This document shows, in pieces, positions 1-11,905 of a DNA stretch of 64,000 bases (position 1 is the stretch's first letter; each line of letters starts with the position of its first letter). Location: NCBI RefSeq assembly GCF_006345805.1, contig NC_042999.1, positions 128,216,001-128,280,000 of the forward strand. Reading direction: 5' to 3'. The stretch comes from Octopus sinensis. Its lineage: Eukaryota. Both the position numbers and the translations under genes were made by a program. The notes under the pieces were generated by a model, which saw only the letters and a list, made by a program, of their open reading frames with translations, searched no databases and was not told the DNA's origin.

Positions 1-622
1 ATAACTATGCAGGGCATGGTCATTATTCTGTGAGGTGTTTTCAAAATACCTACATACCCAGTACTTAAATGAGTACTTGAGAAACTCAGGTGCTGTAAGT
101 ATCTAGTTTGAATTGCTGATTCAATATTATAACTAATTATAATATTATAATACCATTGCTTAGCTTTTGGTTGCCTTTAGTGGAGTCCACTTTGTTACAG
201 GCATTTGAAGCAAGTTTTATAATAAAGTCTGATAATGACTTCTTCCTTTCCTCCAACTATTTAAGAAGCCCTGAACAGAGCTATTGTTCCTAATCTTCCC
301 ACCCTGACTGATCTGTTAAAGAAAATAGTGATACTGTGTGCAATCTCATTGCATCTCAAATTAGAAGATATTTCTTCCTTAAAGAGAGGCAGCTTCTGGA
401 ATGGAGGATATAATTCAGACTCAAAGGTAGATTCAGCCATTTGAGGAAGAGAGAACAATAAAATGAACATCGAATTAAATACTGAAATCAACATAATGAC
501 TCAAAACCTTTAAAAGCAATCACTGAATTATGGCTCTAGCATGACCATAACCCAGTGAATAAAAACCAAATAATGATAAAAGGAATAAACTCAGTAATCA
601 AAAGAATCATATGTTCACTTAC

Positions 623-771
623 CAGGCCCAAAAAGATGAAAAACAGTTGGAGCACATCTGTATAGGCGACTGAATAGAGTCCACCAAAAAGTGTGTAGAA
701 TATGGCAATACAAGCTGAGACAATGATGGATATGTTTGTATCAAGCTCAAGAATTACTGCCAAAGTGGCAC
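623..771 (-). CDS. SLC5A7: Choline transporter coding exon 4 (149 nt); gene continues beyond the window start
   Basis: ACTTCAG| (G)[49 protein letters not shown] |GTAAGT. Contains the sodium:solute symporter [10 protein letters not shown] motif. Confidence 0.97.
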
Positions 772-1014
772 CTGAAGTAAAAAGAAGGAACAAAAATATT
801 ATATGTAATGTCTCTAATAACTTAATTCTTCTTTCGTTTTGAAAAAAAAATTTTTATCATTTGATCTTGAAGGAATAACTAGAAATACATTTCTATTTTA
901 CAGATTTATTTACAACATTTGAAATTATGATATATGTTTAGAGTATGGAATATACATTCATGATTGCATATACAATACACTCACATACATGCATTTGCAT
1001 ATATATATATATAT

Positions 1015-1300
1015 ATAGTTGAAATTTACAAAAACAAAAGATGAAGACAGGTGTATAAACAACAAACAGGTGTATTAGTTTAACACTCAGGAGGGTGAGA
1101 AAGTCTTTTATGTTTCAAGCCTATGCTCTTCAACAGAAAGGAACATGAGGAAATAAACAGAGAAAATAAAAAAAAGGTTTAGTGGCTAGCGATTAATCAT
1201 GGCGGCTGGCTGGACAAAGGTAGTTAGACAGGAGAGCTAGGAAGAAGGGGAGATAATAAAGTATTGGTGATCCCAAAATGAAGATGTGTGTGCATGTGTA
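1015..1300 (-). mobile_element. Penelope-like element terminal-repeat remnant
   Basis: Minus strand carries CTGTTGAAGAGCATAGGCTTGAAACATAAAAG, the hammerhead-type motif typical of PLE terminal repeats, and ends in (TA)n. Confidence 0.5.
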
Positions 1301-1780
1301 TGTGAGAGTGTGTAAGTGTGAGCATGTGGATAGGGGCTGATGACTTTGATATGTGGATGTGTGTGTGTGTGTGCATCTGTAATGTGTGGGTGTGTGGATA
1401 ATGGTGTGGGTGCTGGAAAGTGATCAGTGCTAGTGTGTGGGGGTGGTGTGATGTGGTGTTGGGATGTGGGGGTGCGAGGGTGGGGTGTGGGGATGCGAGG
1501 GTGAGGTGTAGGGATGTGAGGGTAGGGTATGGGTTTGGATTTGGGGTGAGAATGTGGAGGTAGGGTGGGGTATGTGGGAGTGGGTTAGGGTTGGGGGTGG
1601 GGTGGGATGGAAGGGTATCAATGAAGGGAGAAGGTGGGTGGGACTGAAGAGAGGAGGTAGATGTCAGGGCAAGAGAGGAGAGGAGAGGTGGGTAGGAGTG
1701 AAGAGAGGAAGTAGGTGTGAGATGAAGAGAGGAGAGGAGGGGAGTCAGATGAAGAGGTGAGGGGAGGGGAGTTGAGCCCT
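1300..1780. repeat. G/T- and GA-rich low-complexity tract
   Basis: Degenerate (TG)n, GGGGT and GAGAG repeats; source of the spurious Pro/His/Thr ORFs. Confidence 0.85.
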
Positions 1781-1799
1781 TGTGGGGCAATGGAATGAA

Positions 1800-2130
1800 G
1801 AGACTTATAATGTGATATTATAAGTTTGATACTGTTCTCATCAAATTCTGAATTGTTCATCAATTCTGAGAGAAACTTGAAGCTTTTCACAATCTGCTCA
1901 TATGGGTCCATCCTTGCTTACCTGGATTATCAAGCATTCAGAGACTTGATTTAGAACTTCTATCCTAAATTTTCCATCCCTTTCAAAGAAGCTCTATCAC
2001 TTGTTCCATCTGCAAATTTCTTTGTAACAATGTGCTTGGAAACATCAGAATAATCTGAGGTGATATATTCACATAAACCTTTTGCTACTAATTCATAGCG
2101 GGAATGAAAAAATTAAGTTGCTTAAGCTTC
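1800..2130 (-). mobile_element. Probable hAT transposase remnant
   Basis: Broken peptide ...RMDPYEQIVKSFKFLSELMNNSEFDENSIKLIISHYK resembles the C-terminal half of ZMYM1-like/hAT transposases as I recall them. Stops and frameshifts present. Confidence 0.4.
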
Positions 2131-2479
2131 ATTAGTTTTGTGGTAGATCCACCACTGTTCACAGGCTCTCTCTCATTCCAGTTGACCTGTTCAGTTCAAT
2201 GAATAAGCTCATCCTTGAAGATCTACACCAGTTCACTAGGGAATTGACCCAGAAGATGAGATGTTCTCATGATAGCATTATCACCTGATGAATAAAGTTC
2301 AAAAACTCAGTGCATAGGTGCCACATGCTCTGAATAAAAGAGGAAAACTCCAGTGTTCCTCTATTGCCACCAGTTTGCTTGCTTGACACCAGGCTACTTG
2401 TGGACACAGTATTTATACTACATTATCACTGATGATGATAAATGATATTTTTATGTCAATACAATGCAGAGGAATAAAT

Positions 2480-2950
2480 GGCCAAATTCCAAGACAGAGT
2501 TGTGTCCAAATAAGACAATGATCAGCATTTGGTGGGAGAGGAAGGAGCTAATCTCCTATGAAATGCATTACAATCCATGCAGAACTTCATATTCAACATA
2601 TACACTGGTTCAATGAGGCAATCCATCAGAAACAACCCAAAAGACAACCAGTGTGCTTCTTCAACATGGCAACACTTGCCTCCATGACACTAATTTGATC
2701 ATGGACACTATTCAAGAGCTCTGTTTGAAAGTCGTATATTCTCCTGATAATGGTACCTTCATATTATCATCTGTTTTGGTTGTGCTCCAACAGTATGTGA
2801 GACATTTCATTCAATAACAATGTAGAGCAGGAAACGTGACATGATAAATTCTTTGAATCAACACCTGGTGATTTCTACCATCAAGGCATTGACAAACTTG
2901 TGGAATGTTGGCAAGAAGTAATGAATAATGAAGGAGAATATATTTTTGAC
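2480..2950 (+). mobile_element. mariner transposase remnant (C-terminal part)
   Basis: Decayed KTELCPNKTMISIWWE..., YSPD and FYHQGIDKLVECWQEVMNNEGEYIFD* motifs of DD34D transposases. Confidence 0.75.
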
Positions 2951-3069
2951 TGATTTCTTAAAATAGTTGATGAAAAATAAGGTTTATAATAAATGAGAAA
3001 CAAAAAAAATGAATTAATTTATCTGACAATCCAATAAATATTTATTTTAATTCATACTTTTTAAAATTA

Positions 3070-3104
<35 letters not shown>

Positions 3105-3116
3105 GATTATACATAC

Positions 3117-3272
3117 CAAGAGCTGAAAGTACTGCAGCTGACCAAAACACTTCTCCAAGAAGGGCTGGCAAATACAACAAACCACCCATTCGCTCACCAT
3201 ATTTAATCTGGAAAGGATCTAACATGGTAACGTAACCCTGTGTACGCATTTTTTCAGCAAAGAAAAGACCAC
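3117..3272 (-). CDS. SLC5A7: Choline transporter coding exon 3 (156 nt)
   Basis: TTTTTCAG| (G)[51 protein letters not shown](G) |GTATGT. Confidence 0.97.
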
Positions 3273-3423
3273 CTGAAAAATATGTACATAAATTTATACA
3301 AATATATGTTTAGATGATGTACTTGTGCATAATAAACACACATCTGTACACACACACACACGCGCGCGCAACAGCTTTTCTTAGTTCTAATATGAGCAGT
3401 CGCCATATTCTCTTCCATATCGG

Positions 3424-3506
3424 CTAACTCTGATGAGCGTAAAGTTATATAATCAGATTTTCACCTAACACTCCATTGTATTCTGTACGTGAAATCGATT
3501 GGTAAG
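3424..3506 (+). ncRNA. Minimal type I hammerhead ribozyme motif (Penelope-associated type)
   Basis: CTGATGA 3430-3436; stem II GCGTA/TACGT (3437-3441/3486-3490); GAAA 3491-3494; palindromic stem III ATCGAT 3494-3499; cleavage triplet AUU ending at 3500; stem I CTAACT/GGTAAG with 5 of 6 pairs. Confidence 0.6.
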
Positions 3507-3546
3507 ATCAGCTGTGATGGATATTTAATACTAATCTTTTCAGATA

Positions 3547-3596
<50 letters not shown>

Positions 3597-3760
3597 ATGC
3601 GTGTGTGTGTGCATGCATGCATGTGTGTATCTCTGAGTGTGCATGTTTAGATATTTATATATAGATATATATGTAGCCATCTATGTAACATACTTAATGT
3701 AAACACATCATTTAAAGGTCAAGTTGCTGCAGTATATAATTTAGAATTTCATAAAATATT

Positions 3761-3972
3761 GGTTTCTAATTTCGGCACAAGGCCAACTATTCTGGGGAAA
3801 GACTAAAGTCGATTACATCAACTCCCAAAATCAACTTGTACTCATTTTATTGATCCCCAAAAGATGAAAAGGTAAGTTAACCGAGGCAGAATTTGAACTT
3901 AGAATATGAAGATGGATAAAATGCTACTAAGCATTTTTCCCATCATGCTAATGATTCTGCCAGCTTGCTGCC
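3761..3972 (-). mobile_element. tRNA-type SINE, family A
   Basis: A/B-box-like head (GCTGGCAGAATC...GTTCAAATTC). Flanked by a perfect 20-bp TSD TTAGAATTTCATAAAATATT (3741-3760, 3973-3992). Confidence 0.9.
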
Positions 3973-4524
3973 TTAGAATTTCATAAAATATTACTTATAA
4001 ATACATACTTTGCAACAGACATTGATAACTGAGTATTCTCTTTCATATTTTAACACCTAACAAATCAAACATGACTATGTACATATAAGTAGCAGATGTT
4101 TTTTCAACAAATGTAACTTGTTGGTGTAATTATTTCTCTGAAAAATTTGAGGACGTTGGGTATTTCTTATCCCCATATTCTTTAAGTCTCTTCATATAGC
4201 TTATCGTGGGATATTCACTAGCCTCTCTGTGGAACTATAGGTCTTGGTTCAGTTTGAAAGTCCACTGGAACTTTTCTTGATAGTTCCATGGTCTTAGATA
4301 GCTAACTCTGGGTTCTTTCACCTCCATGGTGTACATTTAGTAATTTCCACATGGTAAGTATTTCCCTGTTTGATTACTGCTACAATCTTTGTATGCAAAT
4401 ATGTATGTATGCAGGCACATAAATATATATACATGTACGTATATATGTGTACATGTATGTATATGTGTATATCTATATCCATCTGTCTGTCTGTCTGTCT
4501 GTCGGTCTGTCTGTCTGTCTGTCG

Positions 4525-4557
<33 letters not shown>

Positions 4558-4877
4558 TCTATCTATTTATATATAAATATGTACATTCCTTATTTTTGGA
4601 ATATTTTGAAATATACACATATTATCATTTATAGCTTTATGTGTGTGCTTCAAGATATTCCCCAAAAGAATTTTTTACATTCTCTTGAAAGTTTATAAAT
4701 TTTTATGATGTCAACAACATGCAATATATTCGTGTGTGTGTATGTGTGTGTGTGGTTGCTTTGTTTATAGCAATTCCTCTACTGCTTGTGTGTGTGTGTA
4801 TGTGTATTATATATTTGAGTGTGTTTTATGCCTGTATATGTGTGTGTATGTGCATGTGTTTATTGACATCTTCAAAA

Positions 4878-5090
4878 AGGCCACATCATCTATGGAGAGT
4901 ACTATACCAAGTTGCTGAGGCAGTTATGAAAGGTTATCAAGACCAAATGCCCAGAAAAACTGCATAAAGGGATCCTGTTTCATCAGGACAATGCTCCAGC
5001 AGACAAAACCTTGTTATCAATGGTTATTGTATGTGACTGTGGCTTTGAACTGGTTGATCCCCACCACCATTCTCCTGGTCCAAGCATTGC
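4878..5090 (+). mobile_element. mariner transposase remnant
   Basis: EYYTKLLRQL*...KGILFHQDNAPAD...CGFELVDPHHHSP, a decayed HQDNAPAH/HPPYSPD region. Confidence 0.8.
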
Positions 5091-5573
5091 AACACCAATG
5101 GCAGAAATGTGTGGGTTGCAAGGGAGACTTTGTTGAAAAATAAACCTCATATGGTCACATTACATAAAAGTATCTCTGTCAGCCTATGAACTTTTCAGCT
5201 GACCCTCATTTAATATGAAGGATAAATAACAGAAATTAGTAAAGATCAATGTTATACACTGGATCAAGCTTGTCACATTTCACTCCAGCTTCTACAGGCC
5301 CTATACATTCAAAGCTCCTGTTTTTATTATGTAACATTAGACTTTTAAAATATTTCATACAATCTGCTTACTACATGGAAAGAGAATCCCTTATCACAAA
5401 GGGATCCTTTTTCCATGTAGTAATACATGTGTAAATTTATCTTTGAATGAGTCACAATGGCCATGAGACTAATGTACTGAACTACTAATCATAATGTAGG
5501 CATGAATTTAAAACTTACTACAGTAGCCATTGTGGTGTGGTCCTGAGAAGGGTACAAATACACATACACTCAT

Positions 5574-5622
<49 letters not shown>

Positions 5623-6007
5623 AACATACACATTATGTATGTATCTTTCATTAGTTTGGTCTAATGGAAAAGGTTGTGCCTTCATGAACCCCAACAGGCC
5701 CTTTAAGCCCAGCAAAATCAACAGGATTAATGTTCCTCTTGAATAGTTGCAACTACGCGACAATCCCAAACTTTTCCACTGTATTCATGTTAGTATGGGA
5801 AAAAATTATGCAAAACAATGAAGAAAGATCTGAAACAATGATTTTCATACTTATTCTTAATGTTTTCTGAATGATTCAAGTGTAAATATGCTAGTCACTG
5901 TTGTGTATGTCACAAGAGAACAACTTCTTCCTCATATGATGATTGTGTGATCATAGTTTAGTAATCTTAGTTGAAAGTCGAAAAATCTTAATTAAAATCT
6001 TACTTAC

Positions 6008-6115
6008 CAAATATAAGACTCAGGGCATATCCAATAGGTGCCTGGCACCAGAATAATCCATCACGAACGATAATTTCAGCTGTTCCATTGATGTAGGCAC
6101 CTCCAACCCATGTTG
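6008..6115 (-). CDS. SLC5A7: Choline transporter coding exon 2 (108 nt)
   Basis: TTTTACAG| (A)[35 protein letters not shown](G) |GTAAGT. Frame is continuous with exon 1. Not in the ORF track. Confidence 0.95.
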
Positions 6116-6747
6116 CTGTAAAACAAAATCAAACCATGCATGGAAAGATTAGCATTGGATTGTGTATGGTATGTGTATTATGAAGGAAAGTTAAAACATT
6201 GTTATTATTGTCTCAGGTGGCAAACAATCAAAAGACTAAAATAAATAGAACTCTTCACTAAATGGCTTGCAGTATTTAGTTTCTAAATTTTAACTTTATT
6301 TCTCCCAAAATTGAGAAAATAATTACCAAGAATGAAATGTAGTGAATTCAATCAGATGAATCTCTCATGGATTTCATGGTATCAAAATGTAAGTGACAGA
6401 GAACTACACAAACACTTCTACACTGGACAATGCTAAAGCAGAATCAATGTAACACCATATGGGGCAAGGCTAGCTCTTTGAATTACAGATGTGGTCCTTC
6501 TGATGAGCTTCCACACAATTTTTAATTTCACTGAAAAAGCTTGTATTGTCCATATCTGTCATCTTATGCCCTAGGACTCATACGGTCAGAGCTTAAACCC
6601 AGTTTTCTTAGTGACTGAGATTCCCTCCCCCACCCCAGTGGGTTGTTTGTCTGTCATACAGTTAACTTCTCAGCTTTTACTGGAACTTATTTATGCTGGA
6701 GCGTTCTGGAGCAATATGAAATGAAGTGTTTTTCCTCAAGAACACAA

Positions 6748-6979
6748 AAGGTGGCGAGCTGGCAGGAACGTTAGCACGCCAGGCGAAATGCTTAGCGTTA
6801 TTTCATCTGCTTCTATGTTCCGAGTTCAAATTCCGCTGAGGTTGTCTTCGCCTTTTATCCTTTCAGAGTCGATTAAATAAGTACCAGTTATGCACTGGGG
6901 TCAATATAATCAACCTAATCCATTTGTCTGCCCTTGTTTGTCACCTCTGTGTATAGCCTCTTGTGGGCAGTAAAGAAAT
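6748..6979 (+). mobile_element. SINE family A nested in an older minus-strand SINE (family D-like, about 6560-7070)
   Basis: 10-bp TSD AAGAACACAA at 6738-6747 and 6980-6989. The host repeat reads through when the insert is removed. Confidence 0.85.
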
Positions 6980-9015
6980 AAGAACACAATGCGCTGCCTG
7001 GAGTAGCAATTGAAATCACATAATAATGATCATGAGTGCAACACCCTAACGACAAGGCTGCACACCTTCCCTTTGAATTGACCAAAGCCTACAGTTAGAA
7101 ATTTTTCTAACACAATTAGCTTCACAGTGGGATTAAATTTAACTCACCATGATTATAAAGAAAATTTCTTAAACCATTCAGCTATACTCTCTCCCCAACA
7201 AATTCCTGCTTCTGGATGAATGAAAGAAAGGAAATATCTAGCTTAACTTTTGCTAAGAAATCTCTGCAGAGAGAAAATTCCTAATTTCATTTTTGTGTTC
7301 ACTCAGAAATTCCAGTAAGAGAATTCTATGGGGAACTATATTATCAGTGTTTCTATTACAGTCCAATATCACAGGAAGGCCTGCGGTCAACAGTGTCAAG
7401 AAAATAAAACACTTGTGATGATTCTTTAAATATTGAACTAGCAACCTTTGGTACTTACATACATCTAGGTGGATTACACCATTGAGAGGCAATGTTTAAC
7501 CTGTTGTGAGAATATTCAGCAATCACCTGATGGTTGTGATTTGCTAGAATAACCCATGTTATAAAAAAATTTAACCAATCCTGACTTCCCCTAGAACTGG
7601 TTCTAGCAACAATTCCATCAGTGTATATTCAGTAGTTTTAACTACTTGGCAGAGAGCATTAAGACACCATAGGAGATGATTTACAGAAACAGTAGAAACA
7701 TAAAGGCATTGAACAGTTGGTAAGACAAATGACATTAGAAGTCAGTAGCACAGCAAACAGCTAACCACACTTTAGCTACATCAAGAACAATAACATTCAA
7801 AACTCTTTCCACAATTAATATAGTAATGACATTAGTCGTTTTTATATTTGTGTGTATACAAAAAGAATAAAAATATTGTTTGTCAAAAATCCAAATAGAT
7901 TCCATCTGTGTCTTCATACAACCCCACAGGTACTATGAATTCTGACAGAAAACAAACTTCTAATCCTTTGGATGGATAACTGGTACTGTTTTGATTTAGT
8001 GGTGTTGATTGGCAGAACTGTTTTTTAACTACCATTACCATCAACATCAATAATGCCTTCATCATAGTCGCCACCACTGCCACCAAAATCATTACTAATA
8101 TTTCAAGTTCCCTGCAAGTATTCCCTCGAGTATTAGAATGAGGAAAAATATCCAGGGAAGCCTGCAGCATGTAAACTTCATATAATAAAGTGGGTGTTAA
8201 TATATTTGATGTTGTAAACCAAACAGTGTTCATTAATTCAAATTATATTCTTAGCGTTCAGAATAGATCCTTATCTAAATTCCAAAGTTTGGTCATGCAG
8301 AAGCAGGGAAGATAGCGACTGAAAATATAATTAAAATTGAGAGGAGATCTCTTCTTTGGTTGTACAATGACAACTCTGGACAACTTTCAGCTTTTCATTA
8401 GATCTCATTAGTGAAATATCGATTATTGATATTTGTTAGACTTTAGAATGACTAGAGACACTTAGGTTTTTTTCCTAAATAAACATTGAGTAGCATAATA
8501 ACTTATAAGAATGCTTACAGAAAAATACCCAGGTCCACCTGCTGCTTGAAAGCTTAATAGTAAAGTGTGTACAATCATATTTGATGTGGTAATCCAAGAA
8601 ATTTTATGAATCAAAATAACTCCATTAATATATATTATATCTTAGTTCACTCAAATGTTGGGAATAGGTGCAAGATATTTTGAGAATTTCATTTATGATA
8701 GACTAATATTTTATCAAGGAAAATTTATCTCTCATTTGCTCAATGCCTTCAATTTGAACTGAACCATTGGTACTTAAAAAGCATTATGTACTCTTAGTTG
8801 TCATTGTTGTTGTTATCATCATTATTATTATTTATTTTTATCACAGGTTTTGTTGGAACTCCTGTTGTCTTACGTGCATAGTGGGCTTGCTACCTGCAGC
8901 CCACAGTACCATGCTATCCGTTCTTTTCAGCCATTTAATACTTTCCTGATGATTCTGGCCATTCCAAGGAGGTGCCAAAGAGGCAAATCTTTTATTATTA
9001 TTATTATTATTGATG

Positions 9016-9235
9016 AGGCAGTAAGCTGGCAGAATTGTTAGCATGCTGGACCAAATGCTTTACAGTATTTTGTCTGCCACTACGTTTTGAATTCAAATTC
9101 CACTGGGGTCGACATTGCCTTTCATCCTTTCAGGCCACTTAAATAAGTACCAGTTATGCACTGGTGTCGATGTAATCGACTTAATCCCTTCCCCCAAATT
9201 TGAGGCCTTGTGCTTCCAGTAGAAAGGATTATTAT
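9016..9235 (+). mobile_element. SINE family A in an (ATT)n tract
   Basis: Same head and body as 6748-6979; ends in AGAAAGGATTATTA. Confidence 0.85.
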
Positions 9236-9529
9236 CATCATCATCAACGTTATTATAATTATTATTTATATTAAGGTGGCATGCAGGCAGAGTTGTAAAT
9301 GCATCGGATAAATTGCTGAGGGAACAATTATCTCTGCTAGCAAGAAAAGGATTTTCTCTCTCTCTATCTCTCTGAAGGAAGGGCATATTGTATGATGCTT
9401 GTACACAAAGTATGATGTTGTTTGGTGGTAAAACATGGGCACTGAATATGCATCATATGCAAATGCTGGAAAGCAAATAGGCCCTGCTGAATGTGCACCA
9501 TCAACATCCCTACCACCACCACCACCACT

Positions 9530-9560
<31 letters not shown>

Positions 9561-10849
9561 TTTAAAGTCCACTTCACCATGGGTTGGACAGAATTTTTAA
9601 ATTGGATTTTCTAAAGCAAGACAGTAGCCAACCCTCATCTGTTTCCAAGTAAAGTAATATTCTCTGTGGACATGCATATTTTTTCCATGAAAGATTGGAA
9701 ATTAAGAACACTACTTGCATGATGGAGATATTCATTTACAACTATCACTTGAAGTCAGTAACACATACACACACACACACACACTCACACGCACACACAG
9801 AGGCACAAACACACACACACACACACACAAATAGACACACACAAGCACAAACACACACACAAGCACAAACACACACACACACATAGAGTTATACTAATAC
9901 ACATGTACACGTATACATTCACACATACATACACAATCAATAAATTGCTAACCTGCTAACCTTATTAAACACACATACACATGTGCGTGCGTGCACACTC
10001 ACACACACACACACACAATGTGCTTCTTTCAATTTCTCTCTATCAAATCCACTCACGAGGTTTTGGCTGGCCTTGGGCTATAGTGGAAAACACTTGTCCA
10101 AAGTGCTACTGAACCTGGAACCATGTGGCTGGGAAGCCTACAGCCACCCCTGCACCTATATACATATATAAAGCAATCATTTCGACATCTGACATGTGGT
10201 ACCCAGTTGCACCTGTATAGGTAACGTCAATTTGATGGCGGAAGTGAGCTTATGTCCACACAAACGTTTGATCACTATAAACAAATCATCTGTGTGGTTG
10301 TTCAGTAAGAAATTGTTGAACCCTCATATGTCACCTAACAGTGGGAGAGTCCATTATATATATGTAAAACAGCATCAGAGCCAAGCAGTAATTAAGAATA
10401 AATGAACTGTAGGTTAATTGAAATATGTTTGTGATATATTTTAACTTCTAAAGGCAAGCTCACTGCAGTTACCATGGAGAAAAAATTCTTTCTTATTGTA
10501 AAACCACCAAATCTGTCCAATGTCGCCCTCTGTCAGACTCCTAGATGGCTGTTTCTAACACTTTAGCTTTCCTCAAAGGGAAATACTGAAGAGAGATAAT
10601 CCAAGGCAAATTAAAGCCATGGCTTTAACTAAAAAACAGTCGACATCAGTGATTGATTTGCACTATTTGACTACCTGACCGAAATAAACTTAACAATATC
10701 CGCACCAAGCAGTGATTTAGAAGAAACAAAATTAAGGTTGTTAAAATATATTTGTGACATAATTGCAGCGTGGAAGGTGGTTGGTGTATATTTTTCCTTT
10801 TACTTTTTACATATATATAAACATATATAAACACACACACACATGTATA

Positions 10850-11000
10850 GACATGGCTGTGCAGTAAAAACTTGCTTCTCTAGCACATGCTTTCTGGGTT
10901 TAGTCCCACTGTGTGGCAACTTCTACTATAGCCTCAGGCAGACAAAAGCCTTGTGAGTAGATATGGTAGATGGAAACTGAAAGAAAAGAAGCTGATTGTT

Positions 11001-11033
<33 letters not shown>

Positions 11034-11245
11034 CTTTGTGTTTGTGTTTGTCACCCTTACTATTACTTGACAACTGATATTGGTGTGTTTACGTTCCCAT
11101 AATTTAGAAGTTCAGCAAAAGAGACCAGTAGAATAAGTACTAAGCTTACAAAGAATAAGTCTGGAGGCTGATTTCTTCAGCCCAAAACTTTTTGAAGCAG
11201 TGCTTCAGCATGGTCACAGCCACATGACTGAAACAAGTAAAAGAA
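10850..11245 (+). mobile_element. tRNA-type SINE, family B (internal (TA)n(TG)n)
   Basis: Head with box A/B-like TGGCTGTG..GG / GGGTTTAGTCCC, a microsatellite spacer and a conserved tail ...CAAATGACTGAAACAAGTAAAAG. Further copies at about 10020-10150(-), 11925-12085(-), 13440-13640(-), 19640-19800(+), 20330-20885(+), 21915-22080(-), 31755-32060(-), 32182-32580(+), 36000-36125(-), 49660-50046(-), 51290-51490(+). Confidence 0.85.
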
Positions 11246-11258
11246 TATATATATATAT

Positions 11259-11905
11259 CATCATCATTTAACGTCCGCTTTCCATGCTAGCATGGGTTGG
11301 ACGGTTCAACTGGGGTCTGGGGAGCCCGAAGGCTGCACCAGGCCAGTCAGATCTGGCAGTGTTTCTACAGCTGGATGCCCTTCCTAACGCCAACCACTCC
11401 GAGAGTGTAGTGGGTGATTTTATGTGCCACCGACACAGGTGCCAGACGAGGCTGGCAGACGGCCACGCTCGGATGGTGTTTTTATGTGCCACCGACACAG
11501 GTGCCAGATGAGGCTGGCGACGGCCACGATCAGATGGTGCTTGTTACGTGCCCACAGCATGGAGGCCAGTCGATGCGGTACTGGCTACGGCCACATTCGG
11601 ATGGTTTTCTTGTGTGTCACCGGCACTGGTACCACAAAGATACAAATTCCATTGATGTTCATCTATTTTGGTTTGTTTTGTTTTGATTTGATTTGTTTTG
11701 ATTTTCACTTGCCTCAACAGGTCTTCACAAGTGTCACAAGAAGGAAGGTATGCACAGGTGGACTGACTACGTCCCAGGTAGGGGCCACGGGTTATGGCCT
11801 GACTAGTCTTGCTGGGTCTTCGGATGGTGTTTTTATGTGCCACCGACACAGGTGCCAGATGAGGCTGGCGAACGGCCACGATCGGATGGTGTTTGTTACG
11901 TGCCC
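11259..11905 (-). mobile_element. 5'-truncated RTE LINE 3' UTR with internal ~54-bp tandem repeats
   Basis: Ends in TAAATGATGATG. Homologous to the 3' UTR that follows the RTE ORF at 40810-41420. Flanked on both sides by (TA)n. Confidence 0.75.

Noticed and set aside
261-494. 77-aa minus-strand ORF as the next choline-transporter exon
   Set aside because: No similarity to the expected W-x-x-x-P-F segment following IFLGL; the next exon must lie outside the window.
1224-1790. 188-aa and overlapping ORFs rich in P/H/T/L
   Set aside because: Translation of low-complexity G/T repeats; no domain motif.
6500-6545. CTGATGA...GAAA as a further hammerhead
   Set aside because: Stems I and II do not pair and there is no NUH triplet in register.
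7883-8233. 116-aa minus-strand ORF
   Set aside because: Partly simple repeat; no recognisable domain or convincing splice sites.
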